Below are positions 4,632 to 6,063 of a DNA stretch of 6,063 nucleotides, piece after piece. Made by a program: the position numbers and the translations under genes. Each line of letters opens with the position of its first letter. Position 1 is the first letter of the stretch. Below the pieces are notes generated by a model. It had not been told where the DNA came from and ran no database searches. It saw nothing but the letters and a program-made list of their open reading frames with translations. The stretch spans positions 1 to 6,063 of IMG/VR virus record IMGVR_UViG_3300020040_000003. The stretch is one strand, 5' to 3'. The stretch comes from a virus.

Positions 4632-6063
4632 ATGGGAAAACAACCTTTTATTTCGCACGCTGTAAATGGTTATTCTCGATACGACGTTCCCGAGAGTAAG
4701 GCTTTTACGTGTACGCCGGGTATCCTTTATCCGGTTCGAATTGATTTTATTAACGCCCGTGATCGTGTGTCTATTGAGCAGGGAATTGACGTCCGTAGCA
4801 ACCCGCTCGCCGTCCCGACATTTAATCCTTACACTATTCGACTTCATCGTTTTTACGTGCCGCTTCAGCTGTATCACCCTGAAATGCGAACGAATAGTAG
4901 TAAGTTTGATATGAATGATTTGAGTTTGAATTGGATTACCGCTCTTGTTGGCACCTCGGGCACCACCACCCCTAACTCCGCTCTTGGTGTTACCCGAGCC
5001 TTCCCTAATTCGCTTATGTCTTGGCTTCGTATCTCCAATAAGTCGTCGTTGCAGCTTTCCAATCAGCCTCCTTATACCGCTTCCCTTCCTTCTGGAGCTC
5101 CGATCAATCAATGGGCGAACGCTGATACGTATTTAGCTTATTGGGACATCGTCCGAAACTACTACGGCTACTCGCAGTGGTCTTTGTACTCCGTTGCGTG
5201 GCCCGCCTCTTGGTCGATTCTTGATGACTCCTACTCCTTTAGTCCTAAGTCTGTTTTCTTTAAGCAGGAGTTTGCCAATCTCGAGTTTCTTGATGCTTAC
5301 TTTGAGAGCCAGTTCTATCCGTCGGCCGTTACTAGTACGAATAATACTTTTAATCGAGGCAATTTGTTTTTTCAAATAATTAACTCACAGCTCCCGAGTG
5401 GCAGCGATCAAGATGGTTACCCCGTTTCTTCTACGCTGCCCTCTGCTGCTGCAGCCGTTTCTGGCGGCGGCCCATCCGGACAGTTCAGTCTTTCTATAGG
5501 AGAGAGCTCTGTTCCTGGCATTTCGGCTTTTTTGTTTGCGCATCCTATGGCTGTCGTTCCCTCGAATCCTGACCGATTTAGTCGTCTTATTCCTACCGGT
5601 TCATCGTCCGCCGTTTCGATGTCTGGTGTTTCGACCATCCCTCAGTTGGCCATCGCTTCGCGTCTTCAGGAATATAAGGACCTTCTCGGCGCTGGCGGTA
5701 GTCGTTATAGCGATTGGCTGGAAACATTTTTTGCTTCTAAAATTGAGCACGTAGACCGTCCTAAGCTTCTTTTTAGTGCTTCGCAGACTGTTAATGTGCA
5801 GATTGTTATGAATCAATCTGGATATAACAATTTTTCCGGCGCGCCGGTCAGTAGTCCCCTCGGACAGCAGGGTGGCGCCATCGCGTTCAACGACAGATTA
5901 GGGCGTCGACAGTCTTATTATTTCCGGGAACCTGGTTATTTAATTGATATGTTGAGCATTCGCCCTGTTTATTTTTGGAGTGGCGTGACTCCCGATTATT
6001 TGAACTACCAGGGCGCTGATTATTTTAACCCCATCTATAATGATATTGGTTATCAAGATGTTC
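4632..6063 (+). CDS. VP1: Microviridae major capsid protein (F/VP1 family), 5' part; the ORF is open to the window end and continues at base 1
   Basis: ATG at 4632 lies 3 nt after the Rep stop (TAA 4626-4628). My hand translation in this frame has no stop through 6063: MGKQPFISHAVNGYSRYDVPESKAFTCTPGILYPVRIDFINARDRVSIEQGIDVRSNPLAVPTFNPYTIRLHRFYVPLQLY... It shows F/VP1-type landmarks. The N-terminal G-x-L-x-P-V strand is followed by R-x-x-P-(n)-F-Y-V-P. RLQEYKDLLGAGGSRYSDWLETFF (5661-5732) matches the conserved GGsRY-x-(D/E)-x-(L/I)-x-x-x-F block. EPGYLIDMLSIRPVY spans the junction. The gene is absent from the ORF track only because it has no stop inside the window. Confidence 0.92.
   Translation, partial: MGKQPFISHAVNGYSRYDVPESKAFTCTPGILYPVRIDFINARDRVSIEQGIDVRSNPLAVPTFNPYTIRLHRFYVPLQLYHPEMRTNSSKFDMNDLSLNWITALVGTSGTTTPNSALGVTRAFPNSLMSWLRISNKSSLQLSNQPPYTASLPSGAPINQWANADTYLAYWDIVRNYYGYSQWSLYSVAWPASWSILDDSYSFSPKSVFFKQEFANLEFLDAYFESQFYPSAVTSTNNTFNRGNLFFQIINSQLPSGSDQDGYPVSSTLPSAAAAVSGGGPSGQFSLSIGESSVPGISAFLFAHPMAVVPSNPDRFSRLIPTGSSSAVSMSGVSTIPQLAIASRLQEYKDLLGAGGSRYSDWLETFFASKIEHVDRPKLLFSASQTVNVQIVMNQSGYNNFSGAPVSSPLGQQGGAIAFNDRLGRRQSYYFREPGYLIDMLSIRPVYFWSGVTPDYLNYQGADYFNPIYNDIGYQDV
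5943..6063. repeat. Terminal redundancy, copy 2 (identical to 1-121)
   Basis: Same comparison as for copy 1; the offset is exactly 5942 nt. The match runs to the last base of the window, so the true extent of the overlap is set by the window edge. Confidence 0.95.

Noticed and set aside
4733-4741. GGTTCGAAT, a tRNA T-arm/T-loop-like motif
   Set aside because: It lies inside the conserved N-terminal capsid coding sequence (PVRIDF). I could not build flanking acceptor, D or anticodon stems, so it is a chance match.
1516-5754. Plus-strand alternative-frame ORFs inside larger genes (1516-1698, 2503-2760, 2964-3152, 3398-3604, 4156-4515, 4666-4914, 4945-5136, 5194-5379, 5536-5754), several looking like membrane proteins
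   Set aside because: Strong T enrichment at codon position 3 of the real frames makes shifted frames automatically Leu/Phe/Ser/Pro-rich and stop-poor. Their recurrence throughout rep and the capsid gene argues for a compositional artefact. Only the 464-718 case is kept as a low-interest finding because of its position.
1113-5816. Remaining minus-strand ORFs (1113-1322, 1403-1771, 2191-2436, 2360-2557, 2777-2971, 3543-3944, 3596-3817, 4617-5111, 4874-5062, 5133-5375, 5417-5638, 5601-5816)
   Set aside because: All lie antisense to motif-supported or codon-bias-supported + strand genes. They are Arg/Ser/Lys-rich shadow translations with no recognisable motifs. The longest (4617-5111, 164 aa) is antisense to the conserved capsid N-terminus.

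Overview
The window is a complete, circularly permuted genome of a small ssDNA phage of the family Microviridae. Its architecture is non-phiX174, closer to the gokusho/alpa-like groups. Bases 1-121 are identical to 5943-6063, so the unit genome is 5,942 nt and the window overlaps itself by 121 nt. The supplied ORF track misses the largest gene because it crosses this junction. The major capsid protein starts at 4632, runs off the 3' end of the window and continues in frame at base 1 to the stop at 487-489 (599 aa in total). All credible genes are on the + strand, tightly packed, with a strong T bias at third codon positions. The circular order is: Rep/VP4-like HUH endonuclease (3558-4628), major capsid (4632-5942 joined to 1-489), acidic 98-aa protein (502-798), 63-aa predicted lipoprotein (932-1123), DNA pilot/VP2-like protein (1125-2378), basic 106-aa protein (2460-2780), acidic 107-aa protein (2792-3115), a 224-nt hairpin-dense non-coding region (3116-3339), then a 72-aa ORF (3340-3558) whose stop overlaps the Rep start as TAATG. 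No start codon has a Shine-Dalgarno motif, and one intergenic region carries a good match to the Bacteroides -33/-7 promoter consensus, so a Bacteroidota host is plausible. The items most worth follow-up are the lipoprotein gene abutting the pilot gene, the structured non-coding region upstream of rep, and the unassigned small-protein genes. No tRNA/rRNA, CRISPR array, integrase or transposase is visible. Every protein-family call is my own motif reading of the translations; no database search was possible.
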